This document shows positions 26,957 to 40,287 of a stretch of 64,000 nt of DNA, piece by piece. Position 1 is the first letter of the stretch. Every line of letters starts with the position of its first letter. The position numbers and the translations under genes were made by a program. The stretch comes from Octopus vulgaris. Its lineage: Eukaryota. Below the pieces are notes generated by a model. It ran no database searches and was not told the DNA's origin. It was given only the letters and a program-made list of their open reading frames with translations. The DNA lies in contig OX597821.1 in the NCBI GenBank assembly GCA_951406725.2, positions 36,580,001-36,644,000 of the forward strand, written 5' to 3'.

Positions 26957-27912
26957 CATACATACATATATACATACATACATATATACATACATACATA
27001 CATACATACATACATACATACATACATACATACATACGTGCGTACACACACACATATATATGCACATACATAACGACATATAGGTTAGGGGATTGTCATC
27101 CTGGGTTCGATTGTCAAACCGATCGACGTTTATGGACCTTGAACAAAGCACTTCACTTAACGCACCTTAATTTACTCACCTAAAAATGAGTGCCAGTTGT
27201 AACTACGGGTTTAAAAACCGATGAACTGGCGCCCCATCCTGCGGATAGTTTTGTGCTTCCAGCAGTTTATACACCTTGAAATCCGGAAGAATCTTTTACT
27301 GAATGGGACTGTAATTTTGAGATTAACATTAGCATTTTGACTAACCGGTGTGTGTGTGGAGGGTGTATGTGTGTGTGCGTGCGTGTGAGTGAGCAAGAAA
27401 GGAGGCTGGACCTTAAATCTTTAGTATCATCATATGAGACAACGACTGTATCACTTGAAGCAACAGCTGCAGTAGTGAAAAGAACTCAAAAATACCAACT
27501 ACAATATCAATATCAGTAACAGCATCAACAGTAACAAAATTAACAATAACAGCAGGTGTAGTTAACTTTAATAAAAGTACATACAACTAAATTATAGAGG
27601 TTTCTGTTTAGCTTGACTGTAATTGTGCCTCTTCAAGTTCATATGACGCCTGTGAATCAAGGCGACACTTTCAATTGACAATGAGAATGCATGGAGTGTT
27701 GAAGTTCACCTGTTAATGGGATGCGAAAAGATCTCTCACAGGTAAATGGAAAATATTAACTCACCTGTCAACAGACAGTAGTCATCTTCCCAGTCAATTC
27801 ACTTACTAAGCAGGTCCATGCATTTACTGGGCTATTGGCAGAGTTGTAATATAAAATGATCTTCTGGCTTAAGCCTACAACATGATTTTATCTAGCAACT
27901 ATAAGAAAATAG

Positions 27913-28050
27913 CTGCAGGTATGGCTGTGTGATCAGAAGCATGCTCCCAACCACGTGGTTCCGGGTTCAACTCCAATGTGTGGTACCTTGGGTGAGTGTC
28001 TTCAACTATAGCCCCGGCCAACCAAAGCCTTGTGAATGGATTTGGTACTT
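27913..28050 (+). mobile_element. SINE family A, head only
   Basis: GCAGGTATGGCTGTGTG..CCAACCACGTGGTTCCGGGTTCAACTCC..CCTTGGGTGAGTGTCTTC. Confidence 0.75.
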
Positions 28051-28111
28051 AAACAGACGAGTCAACAACATCAGCAGGCACAACACGACAATAGAACCAC
28101 GTATACACATT

Positions 28112-28334
28112 CTTTTATTCTTTTATTCTTTTATTTGTTTCAGTCATTTGACTGTGGCTAAGCTGGAGCACCGCCTTTAGTCGAAACAATTGATCCCAGG
28201 ACTTATTCTTTGTAAGCCTAGTACTTATTCTATCGTGCACTTTTGCCGAACCGCTAAGTTACGGGACGTAAACACACCAACATCGGTTATCAATCGATGG
28301 TGGGGTGACAAACACAGACACACAAACACACACT

Positions 28335-28402
<68 letters not shown>

Positions 28403-28550
28403 CGACAGGTTTCTTTCAGTTTCCGTTCTCCAAATCCATTCACAAGGCTTTGGTCGGCCCGAGGCTATAGACACTTACTTAAGGTGCCACGCAGTGGGAC
28501 TGACCCCAGAGCCATGTGGTTGGTAAGCAAGCTACTTCCCACACAGTCAC
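28112..28550 (-). mobile_element. SINE family A, near full length
   Basis: Family A tail, body, internal (CA)n(TA)n(TG)n and tRNA-like head. Confidence 0.85.
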
Positions 28551-29209
28551 AGATCTCTTATTTTCCACTTGTTTAGTCATTTGACTACAGCGAAATCGAC
28601 CCTAAGACTTATTTTTAAAGCCTAGTAAACATGCCGCCACCGGTTGTCAAGCGGTAGTGGAAGACAAAGACAGACACATACACATACACACAGACACACA
28701 TACACATATATATATGCATATGTTTATATATATATATATATATTGTTGCTATTACGCAAAAGTGTCGTAAGTGTACCATTCCATAGCAAAACCGTTATAC
28801 TACACTTTGACAACTTTTGATATCTTGGCAGCTGAAGCAGCTGGACATACAATAGTTTGACTAAAAGAACTCGTTATTGCAAGCAAAAATAAATACTGAA
28901 TAAAAAACTCTTTTGGCCAAATTTGAACATAGACATTTTAACGTAACTATATATATATATAAAATTTAAAATAATAAGGGTGAAAAATTTAATATTATTA
29001 TTTTAAATTTAAATTTAAATAACTATGTTCTCTAACCGACGAAATTCACTGCAGAGAATTATTTTCTGCAGAATTATTTCCGGTATTTTGGCGCGCCAAA
29101 ATTAAGACTTTTGAAATATAACCCCAAATGTAATTGGTAGAACTATATACATGTTCAATCTCATGCGAACGCCTCGTGTATAGTTCTGCAAATTATATTT
29201 TGCTATGAC

Positions 29210-29270
29210 GATCACACTGACGAGTTGCGGACATCTACGTAAGTGGTAACAACGAAACTAGTTTGAGATT
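29210..29270 (+). ncRNA. Type I hammerhead ribozyme-like motif with canonical core
   Basis: GATCACA-CTGACGA(29217-29223)-GTTG..22 nt..CAAC-GAA-ACTAGT(palindrome)-T-TGAGATT. Helix I 6/7 paired; triplet GUU. Confidence 0.75.
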
Positions 29271-30133
29271 AACCTGTATATTTTGTATATTTTGTATATT
29301 TTCATTTTTCTTGCTCGCTTACGTTCTGGCGTTTGCTAAATTTTCTTGAGAACATTCCTTTCTTTGTGGTAAGACCATAGGGGGTCGACTTCTAGAATAT
29401 GGATGTCCACTTAGTGGTCATCCCTCTTATATGTATATATACTTTTTTGAGTTTCCGACAACCAAATCCACTCACATGGCTTTGGTTGGCTTGGGGCTAT
29501 AGATGAAGACACTTGCACAAAGTGCCACGCATTGGGACTCAGTTTAAAATATCTTTTTCTACTCTAGGCACAAGGACCTCAATTCTGGGGGAGGGACCAG
29601 TCGTTTAGATCGACCCCAGTATGTCCCGACGTGCTAACGTTTCTGCCGCCTTACTGAGTTTAAAATATCATCAAAAAAATGTACGCATAGGAACAAGCAA
29701 ATAGATTTCGGAAACATTTGTCTACATTTCTAGACTTACATATTCATATACACAAGAATGCGATGCCCATTATGCCCTTAGAAGCATACACATACATATA
29801 CAACCACATTCAATCGCATAGAATAAGTAAATAAAGGTTCGACGGGAGGTGAAACAAATCAAGACGAAATCAAAATAAAAAGGCTAAAAATGAGGCAAAA
29901 CATTGAAGAAACTACAGACAAAACAAAGGGAAACAATTTCGAAGATTCGCTTGTTCCAAACCGTTTATTAACAGGGTTCGTGTCGATTATTTTTCATAGA
30001 AAACTAGAAGAAAGAAAGGAAAGAAAGAAAGAAGGGGGAGAAAAGAAAGAAAGGAAGAAGGAAGGAAGGAGGGAAGAATGGAAGAAAGGAAGGAAGGAAG
30101 ATACAAGGAAGGAAAGGAACAAAGAAAGAAGGA

Positions 30134-30168
<35 letters not shown>

Positions 30169-30190
30169 GAAGAAAGGAAAGAAGGAGGGA

Positions 30191-30247
<57 letters not shown>

Positions 30248-30929
30248 AAGAAGAAGAAGAAGAAGAAGAACTGATGATGATGATGATGATGATGATGGCG
30301 GTGGTGGTGGTGGTGGTGGTGGTGGTGATATCAAACAGGAAACTAAGAAAAAACGGCAAAAAAAAACGTAACATGCATAGATCTGATGAGAAGGTTAAAA
30401 AGGAAAAAAAAAGTGGCTTGGTTGGCTGTCCGGTTGGTTGGTTACAAGGCAAAAACGGAACGTTGGCTATAAACAAACATTTGCTACGCTGTCCATTTCT
30501 ATAGAGAAAAGAATGCCATGCTACAGGCCATAAAAGTAACTAAGATGCGTCTATCTGTCTATAGAATCATCCAATCCCACAATGCCCTTCCAGCGATCGA
30601 CCAACCGTCAAAAGGCAGCCAAATGCTTCGTTCACTTCACTTCATTGGCAAAACATGTTAGATAAGAAAAGATAACGTCATCAATGTTTGTGCTGGAGGA
30701 GGAGGAGGAGGAGGGGGAAATGATGATGGTGGTGATGGTGGTGGTGGTAATGATGATAACAATGACATTGATGATGATCAGGGAAGAGGAAAAGGAAGAG
30801 GAGGGGAGGAGGAAGAGGAGGAGAAAAGCAAGGAGGACGAAAAGATGATGATTGTAATGGTGATGATGATGATGATAATGAAAGAAGAGAAGCGGCAGCA
30901 GCAGCAGCAGCAGCAGCAGTAGCAGCAGT

Positions 30930-30987
<58 letters not shown>

Positions 30988-31574
30988 AAAGAAAGAAAGA
31001 AAACAAAAAAACAAACGAAAAATAAAAATAGGTTTAATATTTCAGTTCATCGAAGATTGCTGTTTCCTAATGTGTTTTTGATTGATTTTTTTGTATTTTT
31101 ACATTTTTATTTATAATCAGATATTTATATATTTATGCTGTTTAAGGATTCTTAACATCTTCCTTGCGGCCATTTCTTTCTTAAACGAACTTCTTACTTC
31201 TTCTCTTCCCTCTTTATTCATGTCACCTTTTTCGTTTCCCTTATTTATTTTTTTCCTTTTTATATCTTCTTTCTTCTTTTCACCATTTTCTTTCTTCCAT
31301 GTCCTCAACATCCTCAGATCCTTGGATAAAAGAAAAAAAAATCCAAGAAAAAAAACCTTAATTACTACAAAAAGCAGCTTAATCTACCTCTTGCCACACC
31401 CTGCAATCTTAAAATAGGAAGGGCATAATGAATAAAGTTGTTCTTGACACATTATACCTGAAACAAAAAGATTTGTGGTGGTTACGGTCGGAACGCCTTT
31501 CGCCGTACGTTCTGTGAATTATTTGCAGCCGAAACTTTGAGCTTTGAATTTGTTATTTATGTCACACACGTAGT

Positions 31575-31925
31575 TTACTCTTTCTTTACTCTTTTACTTG
31601 TTTCAGTCATTTGACTGCGGCCATGCTGGAGCACCGCCTTTACTCGAGCAACTCGACCCCGGGGCTTATTCTTTTGTAAGCCCAGTACTTATTCTATCGG
31701 TCTCTTTTGCCGAACCGCTAAGTAACGGGGGCATAAACACACCAGCATCGGTTGTCAAGCAATACTAGGGGGACAAACACAGACACACAAACACACACAC
31801 GCATATATATATATATATATATATACATATATACGACGGGCATCTTTCAGTTTCCGTCTACCAAATCCACTCACAAGGCTTTGGTCGGCCCGAGGCTATA
31901 GTGGAAGACACTTGCCCAAGGTGCC
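31575..31925 (-). mobile_element. SINE family A, head-truncated
   Basis: Near-consensus tail and body through GACACTTGCCCAAGGTGCC. Confidence 0.85.
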
Positions 31926-32199
31926 TTCAGTTTATTAAAATTATTTAACAAACTGATCCAACATTTGTAATTAATGATCAAATGTTTCTGATCCATTATC
32001 AAAATATTGAAATTAATCTCATCATTCAAAATATCCTTATCACTTCTGTTATAAAGGTAGGAGAGGTAAATAATCGGATCAATGTACAGCCGACAGCGCA
32101 CATGGAGACCCACAGCCACAGACAGATGATAAATAATATATACATACATATATACATATATACATATCCATCTATGTTTAGCCCCTTGTGGGTAGTAAA

Positions 32200-32246
<47 letters not shown>

Positions 32247-32462
32247 CATACATACATGCACATATATATGTATAAATATATATATACATAAACACACGTA
32301 CATATATATATATACACACCCATGCATTTACATATAAATGTATATAGACACAGATGTGTGTGTGCGCGCGCGTGCGTGTGTGTACTTGTGTATTTGATAA
32401 CCACACAGCGGGATAGATTCATAGTTCTAGATAAAGATGCAGACAGCATATATATGTATATA

Positions 32463-33195
<733 letters not shown>

Positions 33196-33855
33196 GGGAG
33201 AGAGACTGATCATTCAATAAAATAATTATGTTTTTGGAACCTTCGACCCATGCTTACTTAGCTTGGTTGTAGTGTTATTCAAAATATGAATTATATAAAA
33301 TAATGTGTTGAAAATAGCAACAGTAATTTTCTTTAAATGATTTGTTCGTCACGCCATTTGGTGTAAAAATATTTCAATTCGTGTGTACTGTGATTAGTCA
33401 ATGATGTTTGACTAAAGAAATATTGTTTACCAAGGTGGTGCTCCAACATGACTGCAGCTGCATAGCTGAAACGAATAAAAGAATAAAAGAATAGAGAGTC
33501 TATTAGGCAGAGAAAGTAAGGGGAACTGTGGAAAAACAGACGATAACAAGGTGGGGAAGTTTTGTGAGAAAGAGAACGTTGTTGGATGCATGTTTGTGTA
33601 AGAGAGATAGGGGTGAATAGAGAATGTATGCGGGGAGTAAGTAAGAGAAGGAGGAGAAAGCGGGAGTGGGGAGAGAGAGGAGAGAGAGAAACATTGAAAT
33701 ATAAAGTGGAATGAAGGACGGAGAGAATAATTGAAGTAAGAAATAAGCAAACAAGAAGAGGGGGGAAAAGGGAGAACGAAGTGGAGGTGGATGCATATGA
33801 GGAAAGAATAGTGAAGGAAGAGAATGTGTTCGAAACTGAAATGATTGAAGTTTGT

Positions 33856-33894
<39 letters not shown>

Positions 33895-33932
33895 TTGTGT
33901 GTGTGTGGTTATATACTTGATAAATACACATA

Positions 33933-34328
33933 GGCGCAGGAGTGGCTGTGTTGTAAGTAGCTTGTTTACCAACCACATGGTTCCGGGTTCAGTCCCACTG
34001 CGTGGCACCTTGGACAAGTGTCTTCCACTATAGCCTCGGGCCAACCAAAGCCTTGTGAGTGGATTTGGTAGACGGAAACTGAAAGAAGCCCGTCGTATAT
34101 ATGTATATATATATATGCGTGTGTGTGTTTGTCCCCCTAGCATTGCTTGACAACCGATGCTGGTGTGTTTATGTCCCCCGTTACTTTTTGCGGTTCGGCA
34201 AAAGGGACCGATAGAATAAGTACTGGGCTTACAAAAGAATAAGTCCCGGGGTCGAGTTGCTCGATTAAAGGCGGTGCTCCAGCATGGCCGCAGTCAAATG
34301 ACTGAAAGAAGTAAAAGAGAAAAAGAAA
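33933..34328 (+). mobile_element. tRNA-derived SINE family A, full length (reference copy)
   Basis: Head GGCGCAGGAGTGGCTGTGTTGTAAG (A box) ..GGTTCAGTCCC (B box); internal (TA)n(TG)n; tail GGCGGTGCTCCAGCATGGCCGCAGTCAAATGACTGAAA.AAGTAAAAGAG. Confidence 0.9.
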
Positions 34329-34697
34329 GATATGGGCAGATACGTTGTTCGAGATAGAGATTGTCTATGATCGATGCCATAGTCGAAAAGGAGGAATAAT
34401 ATGTAGAATGCCATTGTACCCACGACTACATTATGGAATGTGCCCTTACTCTTTTTAAAGACTTTGGTGTTTGGTGATTTGAAGATCTGGTAGTTATTTG
34501 TGGATCGTTGGTGGATGGAAAAGAACATAGAAAAGTAGAAGAAACAAGAACCAAGAAATGTCTGGTAGATATGAAAAGAGCTGTACGAAAAAAAAATGAG
34601 TAGAGATACAGCAAGTGTTGAGAACAATGTTACGACACCCGCGAATATCTTACAACTCCGTTCTACTCATGTCATTAGCTTTACTGTGACTCAATCC

Positions 34698-35903
34698 CAG
34701 TAATGGACACGTTTCCGCTAATCCGCAAACAGCTAATTAGCGAAGCTAACTTTTTGTTTAGAGGATTAGCGTTTTCGCTAACTTTGGAAACCGTTAGCTT
34801 CAGCTAACTTTATGTCCGCAAGCAAAATTCATACGTTTCTTCCTGTCTGTTGTGGGTGTGTCTTGAATAGTCCATCAGGCACGCTATTCGCTGACTAGGT
34901 GTACACGTGACAAGACGTGATTGGGATCTTAACCGATAGATTTAAAAAATAATTTTTTGTAACTAAATACTTTCAAACTTCGTATACTCTTGGCGTTGTT
35001 GAGGAAATTCTGTATTTTAGAAGGGATAAGAGTAACGCCAAAATCCTGTGCTTCCAATGCATCGTGTGTGGCCCAAGGAGGCCACCATCAAAGAACAAGC
35101 TGCGAGCCTCTACAACTTGAAGTTGCATGTCAAGCGGAAACACCCAACGCATGCCATCCAGTTTGAGGAGAGAATCAAGGCCGGCTCTTCTCGAGGAAAA
35201 TACAATCTTGTGGTAGCAGTGCCAGTAGTCAGTTGTCGCAGCCATGTGCAAAGAAAGCACGCTAGCTCAGCATTGGCGAGACATTTACCGAAACTGGTGG
35301 CACTGGCGTCCATCAGTTAATGGTGGACAGAAGGATTGTAAACCTGTTTGTCGACAACATGCTACTGCCGCATGTAGTGGAGTCACCTACTTTGGTCGGC
35401 CTGATCAAGACGCTGAACCTCAGCAAGACGTCAATGTCCTATCACACTCTGGGCGAGATGATCTTGGCCAGCCATAAACAGCTGGAGGAGCATATTACAA
35501 AGTATTCATAAATTAAAATTATACAAAATTATTAAATTGTTATGGCGTACTTCATATTTTTTTTTATTTGATTTAATTATTTACTTATTTATTAAATAAT
35601 TATTTTCTTAATTAATGTATTAAAATGTATAATAGCTAATTGAAATAAATCTCATAGTATAAGATATACAGAATATATATATATGAAAATTTCAGCTGTC
35701 TAGGTCTGTTTTTAGGGATTTTAGCGCCAAAAAAACCAAACCGAAACTAAACTCATATGATAAAAATCAGCGGTTATCCGTTAGCGTTAGCTTCCGCTAA
35801 TTTTTCACCTATTTTGCGGTTTAGCGTTTACGAAGCTAACTTTTTTAGTTAGCGGATCAGCGGTCAGCGAAGCTAACTTTTTGGTTAGCTGTGCACACCA
35901 CTA
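34698..35903 (+). mobile_element. Internally deleted hAT transposon with BED zinc-finger transposase remnant
   Basis: Imperfect TIRs CAGTAATGGACAC / GTGCACACCACTA; subterminal GCTAA/TTAGC arrays; degenerate 8-bp TSD CTCAATCC vs CTCTTTCC. Frameshifted coding CFQCIVCGP/KEATIKEQAASLYNLKLHVKRKHP (BED) and VDRRIVNLFVDNMLLPHVVESPTLVGLIKTLN. Confidence 0.82.
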
Positions 35904-36388
35904 CTCTTTCCCATTAAATTCGTAAAAAGGAAAAAAAAAAACCTTTTCTCAATCAATTCTTTTCGGAGCTGTATCCTCTCTTGTTTCCTCTACATGCGTC
36001 AACATGCAGAATTTCATGTTAAACCTCAAAGAAATCAACCACACCAAGACCGAAGTTGGGTTTTGCAACGGGTTATAAGTTCTACCATCGAGTTTCCAGC
36101 TAAATAATCTTTTCTACTATAGGCACACAGCTTGAAATTCTGTTTAGCGGCATTTCTTCCAGTTCATTACGTTCTGAGTTCAAATCCCACTGCAGCTCAC
36201 TTTTCCTTTCATCCTGTCGGGAACGAAACATAAAATACCAGTCAAGTATTGGCGTTCATATATTTGACTTCTCGCCACCCCCTCAGAATTGCTTGCCTTG
36301 TGCCAAAACTTTGATTGATATCCAGTTGGTAACAGAGTTTCGATTCTCGATCCACGAAACTTCATTGGATTACGTTGATATAGGTCTA

Positions 36389-36696
36389 GAAGCGTGGCAT
36401 AGTGCTTAAGGTGATGCACTCACAATTGTAAGATGGTAGTTTCAACTTCCAGACTGGCGAGCGTTGTAGTCTTGAGCAAGATACTTCATTTCACGTTGCT
36501 CCAGTCCACTCAGCTGTAAACGATTAACCCTGCATCAGACCGGCATTCATTTCACTGGAGAACATTGGTCTGCTCACCACAACAGTGAGGAGGCATCGTT
36601 CGAAAGCAACAACAATGCGAGGAAGCGCATTGTGACCAGCGGTGTATAATAACCACGATAGTCTAGCGGATACAGTAATACAGTGATACAGTGATA
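36389..36696 (+). mobile_element. SINE family D body with tail 2 (decayed)
   Basis: CTTGAGCAAGATACTTCATTTCACGTTGCTCCAGTCCACTCAGCTG followed by AACAATGCGA..AGCGCATTGTGACCAGCGGTGT..(TACAGTGA)n. Confidence 0.75.
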
Positions 36697-37656
36697 GTTG
36701 ATATAATTCAACAGTTTATATAATTTACTTGGAAACAACGTGAAACATCACTACATCCACCCAGCGAAATGTTAAAAATGAGATCGTTCATACCTAGTCA
36801 AAAAGAACGCATTGTGAACAGTGAACAACTAATATACTGTTTCGCTCAACACATCTATTTAATGATGGGTACAAGATACTTTTCGTTAACATTTCATTAA
36901 AGGTGAATCGTCTGATTAAACGAAACTTGACTATGGCGTCTTCTGAAATCTTGTTATTCTTATTTTCCTTTTATTTATTACTTTTGTGTTGACGTTTAAA
37001 TGTAATTTGGTGCCATTGTAAAACATTTTCTTTCTTTTTTTTATCTTTTCTTATTGAATTCATGAACGCCCAGATCAAGCAAAAATGCTTTTCTTCTTCT
37101 TCTTCTTCTTCTTCTTCTTCTTCTTCTTCTTCTTCTTCTTCTTCTTTTTCGTCTTTTTCTTCTTTTTCTTCTTCTTCTTCTCCTCCTCCTCTTCTTTCTT
37201 CTCCTTCTTCTTCTCCTTCTTCTCCTTCTTCCTTTCCTTCTTCTTCTTCTTCTTCTTTTTCTTCTCCTCCTCCTCCTCCTCCTCTTCCTTCTTCTCCTTC
37301 TTCTTCTCCTTCTTCTTCTCCTTCTTCTTCTCCTTCTTCTTCTTCTTCTTCTTCTCCTTCTTCTTCTTCTTCTTCTTCTTCTTCTTCTTCTTCTTCTTCT
37401 TCTTCTTCTTCTTCTTCTTCTTCATAAATGTTAACATACGAGACATTTAGAAAGATGCAATAACGATCATTAAGAAAACAAAAAACAAACAAAAATGATA
37501 AAAAGGGAAATTAATAAAATTAATAAACGCATGATATAAAATATAACAAAAAATTATTATAGACACACACACATATATAAATTTAAATAAACAGAGATAC
37601 ACTTATAAGAGAAAGCAAGACGTGTGTGTACACACACAAACACACATACACACGCG

Positions 37657-37712
<56 letters not shown>

Positions 37713-37810
37713 AATAATAACAATAATATATATATGCGTGTGTGTGTGTTTAGATAGATATGAATGTATGTATTGTGTGTGTGTGTGTTTAGATAGATAT
37801 GAATGTATGT

Positions 37811-37920
<110 letters not shown>

Positions 37921-38167
37921 AAGGAAATAGAATGGAAAGAAAGATTTTTTAATGATAGGAGAAACAGAGACTGAAATGCAAGAAAAGTGGAGAGGAAGGG
38001 GGGGGGGCAAAAGAGGAAAAGAAAGAAAGAAAGAAAGGAAGGAAGGAAGGAAGGAAAAAGGGAAGGAAAGAAAGGAAGGAAGGAAGGAAGGAAGGAAGGA
38101 AGGAAGGAGGAAGGAAGGAAGGAAGGAAGGAAGGAAAGAAGGAAGGAAGGAAATAAATAAATAAATA

Positions 38168-38227
<60 letters not shown>

Positions 38228-38571
38228 AAAAGAAAAAGCAACAAACGAGCCAAAACCAAAAGTGCAGAAAGTAAAATAAGGGCGGGGGGAAACATGAAGA
38301 AGATTGATTAAGAATAAAGGGAACGAAAAAAGATAAATGAAACGATAGAGAAATAAGGAAGGAAAAGAGGAAAGAGAATAGAATATAATAAGATTTAAAA
38401 GACATTGAATTTGAGTAAAAGTCACGAAGTCCTTTCAGTATCAACCTAACTTCATATATACATACGTCTGTGCGTGTATGTGTTTATACCTACATTTATA
38501 TACAGGTATGTTGATATACTCTGGAATATATATATATATATATATATATACGGGTATGTTGATATACACTG

Positions 38572-38680
<109 letters not shown>

Positions 38681-39033
38681 GTGTGTACGCAGATATATTT
38701 ATGTGAGTGTGTGTGTGTGTGTATCAGAGAGAGGGTGGTGGAGAAAGACATACACGCACAAATGCGTGTATATGTTTGTGTGGGGGTAAGGATGTGTATC
38801 GTGTGACACAGCGGGTGTACAATACAGAAAGTGAGATCACATTTTTTCATTGTTAGTAACCAACCAATTTACCAACCCCCCATTAAGTATTTTCAGTGTC
38901 AAAGAATGCCGATTACTAAAACAGAATCTCTTTTGTTTGTCGACTGGATACGAGTGTTGCAGCAGTTCAACTGGATTCTTTATAAAATAGCCAAGTTAAA
39001 TGTGGGTTAGTTAGGAAAGGGAATTTCAATCGG

Positions 39034-39082
39034 TTTCCTTTTTTTCTTTTTTTTTTTCTTTTTTTTCTCTCTTTAGGTAAGA
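39034..39082 (+). promoter_or_regulatory. Candidate recursive splice site (3' acceptor fused to 5' donor)
   Basis: Uninterrupted ~41-nt pyrimidine tract, then AG (39075-39076) immediately followed by GTAAGA (39077-39082). Confidence 0.35.
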
Positions 39083-39595
39083 TATTTCATTCACGAAAGA
39101 TAATTACTAAAATGTAAGGAACAAATTGGTGTAAATATTAGCACAAGTTAAATTATTTACGAGCAAAAGGTGGGGGTCCGTAGACGTACTTCAAGAGGAA
39201 GAAATAAATATGTCATTTCATGATGACGGGCCCTACCTATAACGTGAGATGTACTTCAGTGTATCTCACTTTACGTTTGCTTTTTAAAAAGAGAAAGCTA
39301 CCAAATAGCTTAAATATTTTTAACTTCAGCTTTACAAGTCATGAAACATGTTGGAATGTGTTGCCTTCCTCGATGAGGAACTTAATTTGGAAGGCCGCGG
39401 AATAATTACGTAACAAAGACGCCTGACCAGTAAAGAAGACAAATGTTGGAGAAGTTCTGTATAGAAGAATTAACAGATTGATCCCGCAATTTCACGAGTA
39501 ATATATTTTTCTTTTTCAATCAGCACAGAAAAGATAAAATGTAAAGTCAAACTCGGCAGTAGAACTTGAATAATGTTGGGGTATAAAGAAATTAT

Positions 39596-40287
39596 TTTTA
39601 AGTTTATCTCAACAAATTATCAATAAAATTTAGAATCAGCATTGAAGGTAACCACATTTCATATATGAATACGTCTGCTGAAACACTGCGTTCGAAGATA
39701 GAAAAATAGGTGTATTTGCGTGTATATGCATATTTCGGGAATCATTGCTCCTTCTTCGGCGTCACATCCAACCGAATAACGATCCACGAACACATTACTT
39801 ATATAACCACGAAAGTTTAGCGGTGTAACTTGATTGGATAGACCTGGCAACTTGTATGTACATATCATTTGGATGGTAAGGACACCGTACCTCGTTTTGC
39901 AATCATAATATACTATTAAGTATATTATAAAAGTTTTTGAGTAATATTGTGTCCTGCATTTGTACTATCATTGCGTTGTTTTCATTTTAAAATTTATCTT
40001 TATCAATTGTCCCAACCAGCAATTAATATGTAATGTAAATTTCTCTGTCCAGTAATGCTACACCGCTAAACTTAGTGGTTATTTAAGCAATGTTTTCGTG
40101 GTTGGTTAATGAGTTGGATGTGGCGCTGAAGAAGGAGCAATAATTCCTGAAATATGCATATACACCCATTAGCTACTTTTCTATGTTTGATCGCATTGTT
40201 TACGTAGACGTATTCGTATACGAAATGTGATAATTTTCAGTGCAGGCTCTGAATCCTATTAATAAGCTGTAGACATAAACTTAGAAA
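39596..40287. mobile_element. Diverged ~245-bp inverted-repeat pair, each arm with a hammerhead-like motif (Penelope-like inverted pLTRs)
   Basis: 39596-~39843 aligns to the reverse complement of ~40044-40287 (shared GAATACGTCT, TGTATATGCATATTTC.GGAAT.ATTGCTCCTTCTTC.GCG.CACATCCAAC, AAGTTTAGCGGTGTA). Confidence 0.75.
40118..40170 (+). ncRNA. Type I hammerhead ribozyme-like motif (mirror copy at 39718-39770, minus strand)
   Basis: CTGAAGA(40126-40132)-AGGAG-caataa-TTCCT-GAA-ATATGCATAT(palindrome)-A-CACC. Helix I is partly decayed; the mirror copy has CCGAAGA. Confidence 0.65.

Noticed and set aside
28740-28950. Second Penelope-like endonuclease C-terminus (FDILAAE..LKE..)
   Set aside because: Too degenerate to support, although its position upstream of the 29210 hammerhead is suggestive.
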